Part shown: positions 9,838 through 21,399 of the stretch, piece after piece
Layout of the letters: each line of letters begins with the position of its first letter
How positions within the stretch are numbered: position 1 is the stretch's first letter
Source of the DNA: Coraliomargarita sp.
GTDB lineage: Bacteria; Verrucomicrobiota; Verrucomicrobiia; Opitutales; Coraliomargaritaceae
NCBI GenBank assembly: GCA_965216325.1
Contig: OZ244160.1
Coordinates: 1,760,001 to 1,824,000, forward strand
Direction of reading: 5' to 3'
Length of the DNA: 64,000 bases
Translations under genes and position numbers: made by a program
Notes under the pieces: generated by a model
The model's input: the letters and a program-made list of their open reading frames with translations, nothing else
What the model was told of the DNA's origin: nothing
The model's database searches: none

Positions 9838-11076
9838 GTGTCCCTTCGCTACATCTTTCTCGATTTCGACAGCTTCTTCGCCTCCGTCGAACAGCAACAC
9901 CGCCCGGAACTGCGCGGCAAACCGGTCGGCATCGTCCCATCACTAGGTGTTGACACAACTTGCTGTATCGCGGCCAGCTACGAGGCAAAAGCCTATGGGG
10001 TAAAAACCGGCACGGCGGTGCGCGAGGCTCGTTATCTGTGTCCCGACATTCAATTCGTCGAAGGCAACCATCGGCGCTACATCCGCACCGCTAACACGAT
10101 CCATGAGGTCATTCACCAAATCGTCTATATCGACAAGATCGCCAGTATCGACGAAATGTATGGGCGCCTCCCGCCACACTGGCAGCCGCCCGCAGTCGCC
10201 AAGCGCAAGGGCGAGGAAATCAAAACCGCCCTCTCCCAAGCCATCGGCCCCCACATCACGGTTTCCATCGGCCTCGCCCCCAACCGCTTTTTAGCCAAGC
10301 TCGCCAGTAAGCTGGAAAAGCCCAATGGCCTCACCACGCTCGATTTCGACGAGCTGCCCGACAAGCTCTACCGCTTCGACCTCGACGACATCACCGGTAT
10401 TGGGCGTAGCATGCAGCGGCGCCTTCACACCGCCCGCATCCTCGACCTGCCTGCACTCTGTGCCGCCAGCCGACGCAAACTCCACAAGATCTGGGGCTCG
10501 GTTGAAGGGGATCGCATGTGGTATCAGCTCCGTGGCATCGATCTTCCCGAAATTGAGACCAAGACGCAGACCATCGGACACTCCCACGTGTTGCCGCCAC
10601 GCCTACGCACCTTCCACGGCGCCCACGCCACCCTCCACCGCATGTTGCAAAAGGCCTGCCGCCGACTACGAGCCGGTAAGTTCTTTACCGGCCACCTGTT
10701 CGTGCAAGTCAAGTTCGGCTTCGATCTACGCTGGCGGGCAGAGGCACATTGCTTCCCTACTCAAGACAGTGTCACTCTTGGGAGACTTTTAAACTCGCTT
10801 TGGGAAGCTCATCCCCGCGACGCCGACAAACCAACTAAAGTCGCCGTCACCCTCACTCACCTGGAACACCTCAACAGTCATACCCCCTCCTTATTCGAAG
10901 CCGACAACCAAACGCGCCGCATGCAGCTCCAGCACGCAATGGACCAAGTCAACAAGCAGCACGGCGGCCGCACACTGTATTACGCCGATGCCATGGAAGC
11001 GCAACAAAGCCAAGAAGCCGCCCCCATGCGCATCGCCTTCACCCACATCCCCGATTTGGAGCTGGAGGATGGTTAA
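9838..11076 (+). CDS. dinB: Y-family DNA polymerase (DNA polymerase IV/DinB-like)
   Basis: LDFDSFFASVEQ, IAASYEAK.YGVKTG, SIDE, SIGLAPN..LAKLAS...KPNG. GTG start at 9838 is likely. Confidence 0.9.
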   Translation: MSLRYIFLDFDSFFASVEQQHRPELRGKPVGIVPSLGVDTTCCIAASYEAKAYGVKTGTAVREARYLCPDIQFVEGNHRRYIRTANTIHEVIHQIVYIDKIASIDEMYGRLPPHWQPPAVAKRKGEEIKTALSQAIGPHITVSIGLAPNRFLAKLASKLEKPNGLTTLDFDELPDKLYRFDLDDITGIGRSMQRRLHTARILDLPALCAASRRKLHKIWGSVEGDRMWYQLRGIDLPEIETKTQTIGHSHVLPPRLRTFHGAHATLHRMLQKACRRLRAGKFFTGHLFVQVKFGFDLRWRAEAHCFPTQDSVTLGRLLNSLWEAHPRDADKPTKVAVTLTHLEHLNSHTPSLFEADNQTRRMQLQHAMDQVNKQHGGRTLYYADAMEAQQSQEAAPMRIAFTHIPDLELEDG

Positions 11077-12243
11077 CTAACTCCGCCTCAAGAAATCATC
11101 GAAGAGCGGCACCGTAAACGCTAGCTGCCCATATTTTGGGCTATAGATCATGCCCTTATGAATAAGCTTGGCTCGGCGTGGACTGAGGCTTTTCGGTTGG
11201 ACCTGCATCGCTTTGGCAATCTCAGTCATCCGATACGGCCCTGAGCCCAGACGCGCCATCGCGAAGAGAAAGGCCTTTTCGCTATTCGCCAATCGATCGA
11301 AACGCACGCGAAAGAAGTTTTCATCCAGTCGTTTGAGCGCCTGCGCACGCGCCTGCTCCACATCGTTCAATGTGATCGGTGACGCCTCTGCCACATTCCA
11401 TGACATATAGCCCAGCTCTTGAATGAAGTAGGGGTAGCCGCGGGTCAGCTCGACGATGGCTTGCACCGCATCGGGCTCAATCGCTGCGCCTTCTTCCTGA
11501 ATCGGTAGTTCTATTGCCTTGGCGGCATCCTCCGGTTCCAGCGCGGCGATAATCGGAAACTGAAACAGTCGCTCGGCATAGCTTTTCGAATTACCCGCCA
11601 AACGAGGCAGAATCGGCAAGCCCGCACCGATCAGCACTAGCGGCAAGCAGCGCTGCTGCATGCGGTGCATCGCCATAATCAGCGCACTGAGTTCCTTTTC
11701 ATTAAAATACTGGAGTTCATCAATCAGCAGCACGACCTCGACACCGCGCTCCTTCGCAGCCTTTGCAACGACTTCCAAAAGATCCGGCAAATCGAGCTCC
11801 AAATCACCCGAGTCCGCAGTGCCTGCTTCCGGCTCAATATCCAAACCGATCGGCATCTCATCGACCGTGAGCTTCACAGAGCGAATAAAACTCTTCAGCA
11901 CCGCCAAGCCACGACGGATCTGCAACTTCGCACCCTCCATCCGATCCAGCTTGTGTAACAACGCACGCAAATGCGGGGCGAGTAGCACCGCCAAGGATTT
12001 ATCCTCATGCGCTTCGATGAAAATGGTCCGGCACTCTGCCGCTTCCGCTAAATCCATCATTCGATTCAACAGCACCGTTTTGCCCACACCACGTAGGCCG
12101 GTCAGCAGCAGGCTTTTTTCCGCCCGCCCCTGCTGCACTCGCGCAAACAAAACCTGCGCATCCTCCAAGATGCTCTCACGACCAACCAATTCGGGGGGCT
12201 GTGAACCAGCGCCAGGAGAAAAGGGGTTGCGAATCTTATCCAT
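11077..12243 (-). CDS. AAA family ATPase with C-terminal winged-helix-like region
   Basis: NPFSPGAG..PPELVGR, Walker A GLRGVGKT, Walker B LLIDELQ, GYPYFIQ; C-terminal LSPRRAKLIHKGMIYSP. Confidence 0.88.
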   Translation of the reverse strand: MDKIRNPFSPGAGSQPPELVGRESILEDAQVLFARVQQGRAEKSLLLTGLRGVGKTVLLNRMMDLAEAAECRTIFIEAHEDKSLAVLLAPHLRALLHKLDRMEGAKLQIRRGLAVLKSFIRSVKLTVDEMPIGLDIEPEAGTADSGDLELDLPDLLEVVAKAAKERGVEVVLLIDELQYFNEKELSALIMAMHRMQQRCLPLVLIGAGLPILPRLAGNSKSYAERLFQFPIIAALEPEDAAKAIELPIQEEGAAIEPDAVQAIVELTRGYPYFIQELGYMSWNVAEASPITLNDVEQARAQALKRLDENFFRVRFDRLANSEKAFLFAMARLGSGPYRMTEIAKAMQVQPKSLSPRRAKLIHKGMIYSPKYGQLAFTVPLFDDFLRRS

Positions 12244-12435
12244 CGATACGACTGAGCCCTACCAAAACCTACCAAAATGCCAATAGTTTTTAATAGAATT
12301 TGGTAGAAATTTATAGCTGAGAACGGGCTTCAAATTAAAGCGACTCAAGGCTGCCAACAACTACACAGAACTACCAATGTTTTATTAGATTTAAGTAGTA
12401 TTGAATAGAAGCATGCCCCAGCCGTAGCGTAAAAG

Positions 12436-15069
12436 CTACATCGCATCAAGATCGACCATGATCTCGCGTGGGCTGGAGCCATTTTCGGGACCAACGATAC
12501 CGCGTTCTTCGAGCTCTTCCATTAGGCGGGCTGCACGGTTGTAGCCGATGCGCAGGCGCCGCTGCAGCATGGAGGTGGAAGCGCGCTTCGTGCTACGCAG
12601 CACATCGATTGCGTCACCAAGTAGTTCGTCGCCACCCTCAGCTCCGCCGGCACCACCACCGCCTTCGTCGCCTCCGGCGTCGATTTGGTTTTGGATTTCT
12701 TCGGCAAAGTTTGGCGGATCGTTGTGTTCCTTGAGATAGTCGACCACGCCATTGATTTCGTCATCCGAGACGAAGGCACCCTGCGCACGCACCAAGTTCG
12801 AGGTGCCTGGCGGAATGAAGAGCATGTCACCCTTACCGATGAGGGCTTCCGCGCCACCACCATCGAGAATCGTGCGGGAGTCCACCTTGGAGGCGACCTT
12901 GAAGGAGATACGGCTCGGCAAGTTGGCCTTAATCACACCGGTGATGACGTTCACCGATGGACGCTGCGTTGCGAGGATCAGGTGAATACCTGCCGCACGC
13001 GCAAGCTGGGCGAGGCGAGCGATACCCGTCTCGATATCGGCCGGTGCCACCATCATTAGGTCGGCGAGCTCGTCGATAATACAGACGATATAAGGCAGCT
13101 TCTTGCGTGGAATTTCGAACGCATCGTCATCACGCGGCACTTCCATCTTGCTCACCGCAGCGCGCTCTTCCGGGGTCATCTCGGCGTTAAGCTCGGCTTC
13201 CATTTCGGCTGCCTTCTCCTTCTCTGCCTTGGTCTTGGCAATCTTGGCATTGAAACCGGCGATATTACGGACGTTCTCGGTAGCAAAAATTTGGTAGCGG
13301 CGCTCCATCTCGGCAATCAGCCACTTGAGTGCGCCAGGCACCTTCTTCGCCTCCGTCACCACTGGAATCAGCATGTGCGGCAGCGCATTATACATCTGCA
13401 TTTCGACCACTTTCGGGTCGACCATGATAAAGCGAATGTCTTCAGGTCCGGAGTGATACAGTAGCGAGGCAATGATCGCATTGATACAGACGGTCTTACC
13501 GGAACCGGTGGAACCGGCGATCAAAACGTGCGGCATCTTGGTCAGGTCGGTGACCATTGGCTTACCGGTCACATCCTTACCGAGCACGATTGGAATCTCT
13601 GCATTGGCGTCGGCCCATGCTCTGGACTCGACGATGTCACGCATACAGACGGCCTGTGCGATCTTATTCGGCACCTCAATACCGACCGTGCCCTTACCCG
13701 GAACGGGCGCGAGAATACGAACGGACATCGCCTTCAAGCCGAGGGCAATGTTCTTGTCGAGATTGACGATCTTCTCAACACGCACACCTGGCGCAGGCTT
13801 CACCTCATAGCGAGTGATCACCGGACCTGTGTGGATCTCTCCCGGGATGACTTTCACCCCGAATTCTTCAAGCGTGCGAACCAAGGCCTCCATGGTTTCC
13901 GCATGGTCCTCCGGCGACTCGTGCGACATATCCGGTGCTTCAGACAGAAGATTGATCGGTGGGAATTTGTAATCGCCGCGCTGTTCAGGAATCGTGGCCG
14001 CTGCCTTTTCGGTCTTTTCACCGGAAATGATCTTAATCGTCGCGGGATCGAGCTTTGGCTTGGCCGGTGCCGGCTCTTCAACCACCTCAGGCTCTGGCTC
14101 GGGCGTCTCAACCGGTGGCTCCGGCTCATCCATCAGCGGCTTGGCTGGCTTTTTCTTTTTCGAGTTCGCGGCAGCCTTTTTGGCAAGCTTCTCATCCGCA
14201 CGCTTAAGCCCCGGAGGCGGACCCACCGGTGCCTTCAACAAAGATGGGCGTGAATCGCCCTCATCCTGATCATCGATTGCATCGTCAGGCTCCTGCTCTT
14301 CCAGCTCAGGCTTTTCGGCCTTAGCTGCTTTGCGGTCAGCCTTAGCCTGTGCTTTGGCTTCGGCACGTTCACGCTTGGCCTCGATCTTCGCCAAGCGTTT
14401 GGCTTCGGCACGCTCAGCCTTGAGCTTTTTGCGCTCCTCCTTCGACGCAGAGCGATCGGCGACGAGCTTATGGTAACTGTTCTGCAGGTGGTCGAGTAGT
14501 GCGCCTAGATTATCCGAGAAAATAACAATCGATCCGAGCATGAAGCCCATCAGTAAGAGCATGAAGCTACCGAAAGAGCCAATGATCGGTTCCATATTTT
14601 GCGCCACAAATGCACCAAAGATGCCCCCGACACCTTCCATCAGCTGGTGCTCAAACATGCCGCCTTCCATTTTCATCGTCCCAGTCGACTGTAACATCGC
14701 GGCCAAACCGGACGCACAGAGCACCGAGGCCATTATGGCCAATATCGTAACTAAGCGCTTCTTATGCGGCTGTTGGAGAAGAAAGCGAATCCCCAGCCAA
14801 AAGATAAAGACCGGGCAGAGCCAAGTCGCGACACCGAAGACATAAAAGGCCCAGAAACTGCCCTCCGCACCAATCCAACCGACCAAATTCGCCTCCGGCT
14901 CCGTCTGCACCTGCATGGACTGGCTCTTCTCAAAGTCCCAAATGGCGACAAAGCAGCAGACCGCGATGAAAAACAAGAACAACGCGGTAACTGGTCTGGA
15001 GGGTGCTTTGCGGGGCTGCTGAGATACAACCTTTTTACGGGTCGCTCGCTTCTTCTTTGGTCTCGCCAT
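12436..15069 (-). CDS. ftsK: DNA translocase FtsK
   Basis: N-terminal TM domain, charged/Pro-rich linker, PHVLIAGSTGSGKT, IIDELADLMM, ATQRPSV and gamma domain STSMLQRRLRIGYNRAAR. Confidence 0.97.
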   Translation of the reverse strand: MARPKKKRATRKKVVSQQPRKAPSRPVTALFLFFIAVCCFVAIWDFEKSQSMQVQTEPEANLVGWIGAEGSFWAFYVFGVATWLCPVFIFWLGIRFLLQQPHKKRLVTILAIMASVLCASGLAAMLQSTGTMKMEGGMFEHQLMEGVGGIFGAFVAQNMEPIIGSFGSFMLLLMGFMLGSIVIFSDNLGALLDHLQNSYHKLVADRSASKEERKKLKAERAEAKRLAKIEAKRERAEAKAQAKADRKAAKAEKPELEEQEPDDAIDDQDEGDSRPSLLKAPVGPPPGLKRADEKLAKKAAANSKKKKPAKPLMDEPEPPVETPEPEPEVVEEPAPAKPKLDPATIKIISGEKTEKAAATIPEQRGDYKFPPINLLSEAPDMSHESPEDHAETMEALVRTLEEFGVKVIPGEIHTGPVITRYEVKPAPGVRVEKIVNLDKNIALGLKAMSVRILAPVPGKGTVGIEVPNKIAQAVCMRDIVESRAWADANAEIPIVLGKDVTGKPMVTDLTKMPHVLIAGSTGSGKTVCINAIIASLLYHSGPEDIRFIMVDPKVVEMQMYNALPHMLIPVVTEAKKVPGALKWLIAEMERRYQIFATENVRNIAGFNAKIAKTKAEKEKAAEMEAELNAEMTPEERAAVSKMEVPRDDDAFEIPRKKLPYIVCIIDELADLMMVAPADIETGIARLAQLARAAGIHLILATQRPSVNVITGVIKANLPSRISFKVASKVDSRTILDGGGAEALIGKGDMLFIPPGTSNLVRAQGAFVSDDEINGVVDYLKEHNDPPNFAEEIQNQIDAGGDEGGGGAGGAEGGDELLGDAIDVLRSTKRASTSMLQRRLRIGYNRAARLMEELEERGIVGPENGSSPREIMVDLDAM

Positions 15070-15323
15070 GGATTCGTCTTAAAAATAGCTGAAACAAGAG
15101 GTAAAACAAGATTCGATTCGATCCCGCAACCCCGAAAAACAAGGGGATCGCAGGAATTTGTATGGGGTAGCAACAAACTACGCAAAAGACGCAGACAATC
15201 CTGAGGCGGAGACCTGATATGACTGCGGCCTTGAATTCTTAAAATTTTTGCCCACACTGCCGCGCTCACTTTTGAAACAGATCGGCTCCTTTGCGGTCTG
15301 TGGATCAACATTTTATAAAAAAC

Positions 15324-15911
15324 ATGACAGACAAGAAGACAGAAACCTCCGAAGAAGTGGAAGCCAAGACCAATGACGAAGCAGAAGCCGTCGTTGAAGA
15401 AACACCTGAGGTCGTCGAAGAGCAGGCCAACGAGCCTGTGCTGACCGATCTTGAGAAGGCACAAGCCGAAGCTGCTGAAATGAAGAGCCGCTACCTACGC
15501 TCGGTAGCCGACATGGAAAACTACCGCAAGCGCATCGGCCGCGAAAAGCAGGACATTATCCGTAGTGCGGCTGCAGGCGTGATCGAATCACTTCTGCCCG
15601 TCCTCGACAACATGAAGCTTGGCCTGCAAGCCGCGGACAACCATCCAGAAGCTAAGGATGTAACCATCGGCTTTAAGATGGTCGACGATCAGCTCAAGAA
15701 GACGCTTTCCGAGCAAGGCCTCGAAGAACTGATCCCGGACGGCGAGATCTTCGACCCGAACCTCCACGAGTGCATCGCGCACCAGCCTTCCGACGACGTC
15801 GAAGAGGACAAGGTGATCCAAACCGTGCGTGCGGGCTACCGTCTGAACGAGCGCCTCATCCGTGCAGCGAACGTAATCGTCTCCAGCGGCCCAGCCAAGG
15901 AAGACGCTTAA
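15324..15911 (+). CDS. grpE: nucleotide exchange factor GrpE
   Basis: [24 protein letters not shown] and [14 protein letters not shown]. Confidence 0.95.
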   Translation: MTDKKTETSEEVEAKTNDEAEAVVEETPEVVEEQANEPVLTDLEKAQAEAAEMKSRYLRSVADMENYRKRIGREKQDIIRSAAAGVIESLLPVLDNMKLGLQAADNHPEAKDVTIGFKMVDDQLKKTLSEQGLEELIPDGEIFDPNLHECIAHQPSDDVEEDKVIQTVRAGYRLNERLIRAANVIVSSGPAKEDA

Positions 15912-15922
15912 CCATACTATTT

Positions 15923-15982
15923 CAGATGTCAGAAGACAGAGCTCACTCTAATTCAGCTTCTAACTACTGACTCCTAACTTCT
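15923..15982. repeat. degenerate heptamer repeats forming an inverted repeat
   Basis: CAGATGT-CAGAAGA-CAGAG ... TTCTAAC-TACTGAC-TCCTAAC-TTCT between grpE and dnaJ. Confidence 0.55.
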
Positions 15983-15994
15983 CTTTTAAGGATA

Positions 15995-17146
15995 ATGTCC
16001 AAAGCCGATTACTACGAAACCCTGGGAGTCTCCCGCGATGCAACTGCGGATGAGATGAAAAAGGCCTACCGCAAGCTCGCGGTGAAATACCACCCGGACA
16101 AAAACCCGGGCGACCAAGCTGCCGAGGCCAAGTTCAAGGAAATCTCCGAAGCCTACGACATCCTCAAGGACGAGGAGAAGCGTGCAGCGTATGATCGCTA
16201 CGGTCACGCAGCCTTCCAAGGCGGCATGGGTGGACGTGGAGCCGGCGGCGGCTTTAGTGGACACGACCCATTTGATATCTTCCGCGAAGCCTTCGGTGGT
16301 CGCGGTGGTGGCGGTGGCGGCATCTTCGAAGAGTTCTTCGGTGGAGGCGGCGGTGGTGGCGCAGGCGGCGCCCAACACGGCTCGGATCTACGCTACGACC
16401 TGGAGATCACCCTTGAGGAAGCCTCCAAGGGCACCGAGAAGGAGATTCGCTACAAGCGCGCAACCAGCTGTAAAAAGTGCAGTGGCTCCGGCGCCGAGCC
16501 AGGCTCCAAGAAAGTGACCTGCCAAACCTGTGGCGGTGTGGGCCAAGTCAGTTCAAACCGCGGTTTCATCAGCTTCCGCCAAGTGTGCCCAACCTGTCAG
16601 GGTGCGGGCCAACAAATTGAAAAGCCCTGCACCGAGTGCCGTGGCGAAGGCCGCGTTATGGAAACCAGCACGGTCAAAGTGCGTATTCCAGCCGGTGTCC
16701 ACACTGGCTCCAAGCTCCGCTCTGCGGGCAAGGGCGAAGCCGGCCACATGGGCGGTCAAGCAGGCGACCTCTACATCATCATTCACGTCAAGGAGCACGA
16801 GCTGTTCGAGCGCCACGACGATGACCTGTTCTGTGAAATCCCCATCAAGTTCACCCTCGCAGCGCTCGGTGGTGCTATCGATGTGCCCACTTTGTTTGGC
16901 AAGGGTAGCCTGAAGATTCCATCCGGCACCCAAAGTGGCACAACCTTCCGCCTGCGTGGACAGGGCATGCCTCACCTGCGTGGTAACGGCAAGGGCGACA
17001 TGCTCGTGCGCGTTCACGTCGAAGTGCCAACCAAACTCAACAGCGACCAAAAGGCCAAGCTGGAGGAATACGCCGAAGCCTGTGGCGATCCCTCCAACCC
17101 GGTGAGCGAGTCCTTTGTCGAGAAGGCCAAGAAGTTCTTCAAGTAA
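15995..17146 (+). CDS. dnaJ: molecular chaperone DnaJ
   Basis: J-domain with HPD, G/F-rich region and four CxxCxGxG repeats. Confidence 0.98.
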   Translation: MSKADYYETLGVSRDATADEMKKAYRKLAVKYHPDKNPGDQAAEAKFKEISEAYDILKDEEKRAAYDRYGHAAFQGGMGGRGAGGGFSGHDPFDIFREAFGGRGGGGGGIFEEFFGGGGGGGAGGAQHGSDLRYDLEITLEEASKGTEKEIRYKRATSCKKCSGSGAEPGSKKVTCQTCGGVGQVSSNRGFISFRQVCPTCQGAGQQIEKPCTECRGEGRVMETSTVKVRIPAGVHTGSKLRSAGKGEAGHMGGQAGDLYIIIHVKEHELFERHDDDLFCEIPIKFTLAALGGAIDVPTLFGKGSLKIPSGTQSGTTFRLRGQGMPHLRGNGKGDMLVRVHVEVPTKLNSDQKAKLEEYAEACGDPSNPVSESFVEKAKKFFK

Positions 17147-17173
17147 TTCACCATCACTTTAATTTCACTTACT

Positions 17174-17770
17174 GTGGCTTATCCAATCGTCATTCTCGGC
17201 TCCGGCCGCGGCAGCAACGCCGAGGCTCTGTTAAAGGCTGAAGCATCCAAGAAGCTCGGCGCTGCGAGCATTGCCGCAGTCATCAGTGACAATGAGGAGG
17301 CGGGTATTCTCGCCCTGGGGCAGAAGTTCAAAGTGCCGGCGATCTACATCGATCCTCAGCGCAAGGGTGGATATCTCTCAGAAGAAGCCGAGCAGGCCTA
17401 CATTGAGCGCATCGAAAAGTTCTCGCCCAAGCTCATCGTGCTGGCTGGCTTCATGCGCATCCTGCGTGCACCTTTCATCGAGGCCTTCGGCGGGCGTGTG
17501 ATCAACTTGCACCCAAGCCTGCTTCCAAGCTTTAAGGGAGCGAATGGGATCCAAGACGCCTTCGACTACGGAGTGAAGGTCACTGGCTGCACCGTGCACT
17601 GGGTCACTCCGGCACTCGATGCTGGACCGATCGTCGACCAGAAGGAAGTGCGCATCGACGACTCGGACAGTGTCGAAATGCTCGCCAAGAAGGTCCACAT
17701 TGCGGAGCATCAACTACTCCCCGATGTGGTCGCACGCCTCAGTAAGGGCAAAATCAAAGAGCCAAAGTAG
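17174..17770 (+). CDS. purN: phosphoribosylglycinamide formyltransferase
   Basis: [30 protein letters not shown] and LDAGPI. Confidence 0.95.
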   Translation: MAYPIVILGSGRGSNAEALLKAEASKKLGAASIAAVISDNEEAGILALGQKFKVPAIYIDPQRKGGYLSEEAEQAYIERIEKFSPKLIVLAGFMRILRAPFIEAFGGRVINLHPSLLPSFKGANGIQDAFDYGVKVTGCTVHWVTPALDAGPIVDQKEVRIDDSDSVEMLAKKVHIAEHQLLPDVVARLSKGKIKEPK

Positions 17771-17826
17771 TACAGGCTTCCAGCCTGTTTCCTATAGTTG
17801 ATCAACAGGCGAGACGCCGGTTCTAC
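17767..17826. repeat. REP-like GTAG...CTAC doublet
   Basis: GTAGTACAGGCTTCCAGCCTGT ... ACAGGCGAGACGCCGGTTCTAC, related to 24483-24544 and 33014-33076. Confidence 0.7.
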
Positions 17827-17829
17827 GAC

Positions 17830-18831
17830 TTACCGACTCAACACGATCCGATAGCGCGCCTTGCCACTGTGTAAGTGCTCCATCGCCTCGTTGACCTCTT
17901 CAAATTTGAAGTGCTCGGTCACTGGCTTGAGCTCATGCAACACCGCAAAGTCCAACATCTTTGCGATAGTTGCCGGACTGCCAACCGGTGAGCTTGAGAC
18001 ACTGAGCTGCCCAAACAGCATCGGCATCAAACTCAGGTCCAACGGATCAACAGTCACCCCGAGGAAGTGCAGTCGGCCTTTGGGCTTAAGTGTATTCAGA
18101 TAGGCATTCCAATCCAGCTTCACGTTTACCGTGGACAGAATCATGTCGAAACTGTGCGCGGCAGCTTCGAGTTCAGCCGGATCGCGAGAATTCAGCGTTT
18201 TGTGTGCCCCCAACTCCAGTGCTTCCGTGCGCTTTGCTTCACTAGAGGTAAAGGCGGTGACCTCACAACCCCAGGCATTCAGGAAGCCCAAAGCAATATG
18301 CCCAAGGCCACCGATCCCGATCACTGCAACTTTTGAAGTCGGCTTGATATCGAACTGTATCAGTGGGTTAAATACCGTAATCCCACCACAGAACAAGGGT
18401 CCCGCCGATGGAACATCGATCCCCTCTGGCAGTGGAATCGCACTCATTGCCTGCGCACGCACCTTATCCGCAAAGCCTCCATGGTTACCGACAATGGTTT
18501 GTTGGGGGCTAACGCACAGATTATGGTCCCCATCCAAACAGGACGGGCAGGTCTGGCAGTAGCCCGAATGCCAACCAAGTCCAACACGCTGCCCAACTTG
18601 TAGGTGAGTGACATCTTCACCAAGAGCTCCAATGGTGCCCACAACCTCGTGACCTGGGACAAATGGATAGGTGGTGATCCCCCAATCGTTGTTGATCATG
18701 CTGAGATCACTGTGACAGATACCACAGTGCTCGACATTGATCTCCACTTGATCCCGCCCGAGTGGTCCGGGGTCATATTCAAAGGGTTCCAGTTTTCCAC
18801 CGGGCTCGTGTGCTGCGTAGGCTTTGATCAT
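17830..18831 (-). CDS. zinc-dependent NAD(P)H aldehyde reductase/alcohol dehydrogenase (Ahr/YjgB-like)
   Basis: CGICHSD, GHEVVG, CQTCPSC.......C, GIGGLGH and GKARYRIVL. Confidence 0.92.
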   Translation of the reverse strand: MIKAYAAHEPGGKLEPFEYDPGPLGRDQVEINVEHCGICHSDLSMINNDWGITTYPFVPGHEVVGTIGALGEDVTHLQVGQRVGLGWHSGYCQTCPSCLDGDHNLCVSPQQTIVGNHGGFADKVRAQAMSAIPLPEGIDVPSAGPLFCGGITVFNPLIQFDIKPTSKVAVIGIGGLGHIALGFLNAWGCEVTAFTSSEAKRTEALELGAHKTLNSRDPAELEAAAHSFDMILSTVNVKLDWNAYLNTLKPKGRLHFLGVTVDPLDLSLMPMLFGQLSVSSSPVGSPATIAKMLDFAVLHELKPVTEHFKFEEVNEAMEHLHSGKARYRIVLSR

Positions 18832-18849
18832 GATCTTTGGAGTTAATGG

Positions 18850-19377
18850 TTATTGTCCGTAGGTGCCGCGAATCGGGTAGTCGTTCTCCTGAATCCAAAT
18901 GACTGTATCGAGCAATTCGACTAGATCGGAGCGGTTAAAGGGTGTGTTGGATTGGTCAATCAGCTGAATCTTACCGTCCGTATTAATCGCGAAGAGTGCC
19001 GGTTCCGCGAAGGGGCGGTCCGTTTCGTCATCCGAACGCGGCTCTGAAATCCAGAGCCCCAGTGATTGCATTTGCTCGATACTCAAACCATAGGCCACTT
19101 GGAGGCTTAATCCCTCCTGCTCGACCATCGCTGTAGCCCGTTCCTCAGGATCGCCCGATGCCACGATGATCTCAGCCTTAGCGTCGAGGAAGTCGGCCTT
19201 CAGTGAGTCCAACTTCTTCAGATATTGATGACAAATCGGGCAGTGTAAGCCGCGATAGATAAACACCAGACGCCAATTTAAAGCATGGTCCGCCTGGCCC
19301 AGTGTGGCTTCTCCCCCGCCAACGAGCGGAAGTGTGATTTCAGGGAGCGTTCCACCGGACGGTAACTTGCTGGTCAT
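18850..19377 (-). CDS. AhpC/TSA-like redoxin domain protein
   Basis: [11 protein letters not shown] motif and PFAEPALF. Start placed at ATG 19377. Confidence 0.85.
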   Translation of the reverse strand: MTSKLPSGGTLPEITLPLVGGGEATLGQADHALNWRLVFIYRGLHCPICHQYLKKLDSLKADFLDAKAEIIVASGDPEERATAMVEQEGLSLQVAYGLSIEQMQSLGLWISEPRSDDETDRPFAEPALFAINTDGKIQLIDQSNTPFNRSDLVELLDTVIWIQENDYPIRGTYGQ

Positions 19378-19481
19378 GCATCTGAAGCTTAAGAGCCGTC
19401 CATCCACTGTCAAAAAAACAACCCATTTTAGTCGAAAGCCCCGCTTGATCCCCAAGGTCGAGACTGTATACATCAGCCCAT

Positions 19482-20378
19482 ATGAGCACTCAATTTGAAC
19501 TTCGCGCCATCGTGCCTTCCGAACTCGCCGACGAGTTGGAAGCTTACTTCTTTGAAACCGAGACTGCCCACTGGGGCGTGATGCAGAAGGAGCGCGGCGA
19601 TCCCTACGAAGTATTCGGCTTCTTCCCGGACGAAGCAACCGCCGACAAGGAACTCGAAATCCTACGCGCAGAGTTCAAGGACCTACCCGAGGACTTTGAG
19701 CTCACCACCATTCACGACGAAGATTGGCAGAACGCCTACAAGGAATTCGTAAAGCCTTGGAACGATCGTCAACTTCACTGGATCCCACTCTGGGAGCGTG
19801 AAAACATCACTCCCCCCGAGGGCTCCACAGTGGTTTACCTTGATGCCGGCATGGCCTTCGGCACGGGTGCTCACGAAACGACACGCCTCTGCGCCCGCCG
19901 TCTGCTTGACTACCTTGACGCCAACCCCGACAAGACCGAGACCATCGAGCTGGTCGATGCCGGCTGCGGCTCTGGCATTTTGGCACTTTCCGCATCGGGC
20001 CTCGGCTTCAAAAACGTGCGAGGCTTCGACTTCGATCCGCTGGCCATTGAAGTCTGCGCAACCAACCTCATTGAAAATAGCCATATACCAAAGGTAGCTT
20101 TCGAAGTCGCCGATTTGGAGCAGGGTCTCGTGGATCGCCCGCAAGTTGAACTGATGCTCGCCAACATCCAGACCGATGTGCTCATCCCGCACTCCGATCC
20201 AATCGTGATGGCAATCAAAGACGGCGGCACGCTTGCACTCAGCGGCATCCTCACCAAGGAACTCGATCAAGTGCGCGATCACTACAAGGCTCGCTTCGCT
20301 GACCTGCGTGGCGTCGACGTCAAAATTGACAGCCGTGAAGATGGCGAATGGGCCGACCTATTGATCGAGCTAAGCTAA
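19482..20378 (+). CDS. prmA: ribosomal protein L11 methyltransferase
   Basis: [32 protein letters not shown] and LSGIL. Confidence 0.94.
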   Translation: MSTQFELRAIVPSELADELEAYFFETETAHWGVMQKERGDPYEVFGFFPDEATADKELEILRAEFKDLPEDFELTTIHDEDWQNAYKEFVKPWNDRQLHWIPLWERENITPPEGSTVVYLDAGMAFGTGAHETTRLCARRLLDYLDANPDKTETIELVDAGCGSGILALSASGLGFKNVRGFDFDPLAIEVCATNLIENSHIPKVAFEVADLEQGLVDRPQVELMLANIQTDVLIPHSDPIVMAIKDGGTLALSGILTKELDQVRDHYKARFADLRGVDVKIDSREDGEWADLLIELS

Positions 20379-20443
20379 GTCACTGTCACCGCGCGATTCA
20401 TGCTTGCGGTTGCAATTAAAGGACTTCAGAAAATCTAACATAC

Positions 20444-21286
20444 ATGACCATTGGGGAACGACTAGAAGAAGCACGTAAACGTAAGGGCATTTCTCTGCGC
20501 GAAGCCTCCGAGGCCACCAAGATCCGCAGTGATTTCCTCGGTAGCATCGAGCAAAACAAGTTCGATTTCGACCTGCCCGACATTTACAAACGCGGCTTCA
20601 TCAAAAACTACGCACGTTACCTCAAGATCGATCCGGAAAAAGCTCTGACCGATTACAATGCGCAGATGCTGGGCGCTAACCGCCTGACCAAGAAGGCGGG
20701 TTCCGAATGGTTTGGAAAAATGGAGATCAAGTCTGCGGCTCAAGAACAAGCCGAAGCACTTGAAGATATTCCTGAGCGTCCAAGCTACGGCAGCATGAGT
20801 GCGCAGCCGAACAGCGACGAGGCTGCGGCAAACAATGGCGAGCCAGAGGAAGACAATGACAAGATCTTCTACATGAAGGCAGGTCTGATCTTCGTTGGCG
20901 TCATTGCTTTGGTCTTCGTGCTCTTCGGTCTCGTTAAGGCCATCCTTGGTAGCTCCGGTGATGATGAAGCGCCGCTCCGCGATGAAGCTGCGATCACAGC
21001 TCCGGTTGAAGCGCCGAGCGCTCCGGTTGAGACTCCTGAGCTTGCTCCGACAACCGATGATAGCGTCACTTTGATCGCCACTGGCACCGTCTATGTGATC
21101 GTGAAGCAGCGTGACAATGGTGAAGAAATCTACCGTGGCACGCTTGCAGCTGACCAAACTGTTCCTCTGAGCAAGCAAGGCCCAGTCGACATTCTATTTA
21201 CTGCGGGCGAAAATCTCGTGATTGAGAGTAACGGCGAGCGCATGCGTCCTAGCACAGCAGGCACCGCCAAGATTACTATTCCTTAG
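20444..21286 (+). CDS. RodZ-like HTH membrane protein
   Basis: [22 protein letters not shown]...[11 protein letters not shown], a single TM helix and a C-terminal periplasmic domain. Confidence 0.82.
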   Translation: MTIGERLEEARKRKGISLREASEATKIRSDFLGSIEQNKFDFDLPDIYKRGFIKNYARYLKIDPEKALTDYNAQMLGANRLTKKAGSEWFGKMEIKSAAQEQAEALEDIPERPSYGSMSAQPNSDEAAANNGEPEEDNDKIFYMKAGLIFVGVIALVFVLFGLVKAILGSSGDDEAPLRDEAAITAPVEAPSAPVETPELAPTTDDSVTLIATGTVYVIVKQRDNGEEIYRGTLAADQTVPLSKQGPVDILFTAGENLVIESNGERMRPSTAGTAKITIP

Positions 21287-21295
21287 AATATGATC

Positions 21296-21399
21296 GCAGG
21301 GGCGCGTTGCTTGCCGTTTCGACTGGCTCACGGCCCCGAGTCTGTCAAGGGGCGACGCCCGCGGCCCTTCTAGTCGGGCGCGTCAAGTCGCACCCCTAC
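21296..21399. repeat. REP-like element overlapping the prmC 3' end
   Basis: GCAGGGGCGCG ... GGGCGCGTCAAGTCGCACCCCTAC; the right arm matches 5136-5198. Confidence 0.65.

Noticed and set aside
15230..15258. CTTGAA-N15-CCCACA sigma32-like promoter or CIRCE upstream of grpE
   Set aside because: The -10 match is weak and no TTAGCACTC-N9-GAGTGCTAA is present. Absence of dnaK between grpE and dnaJ is not unusual.
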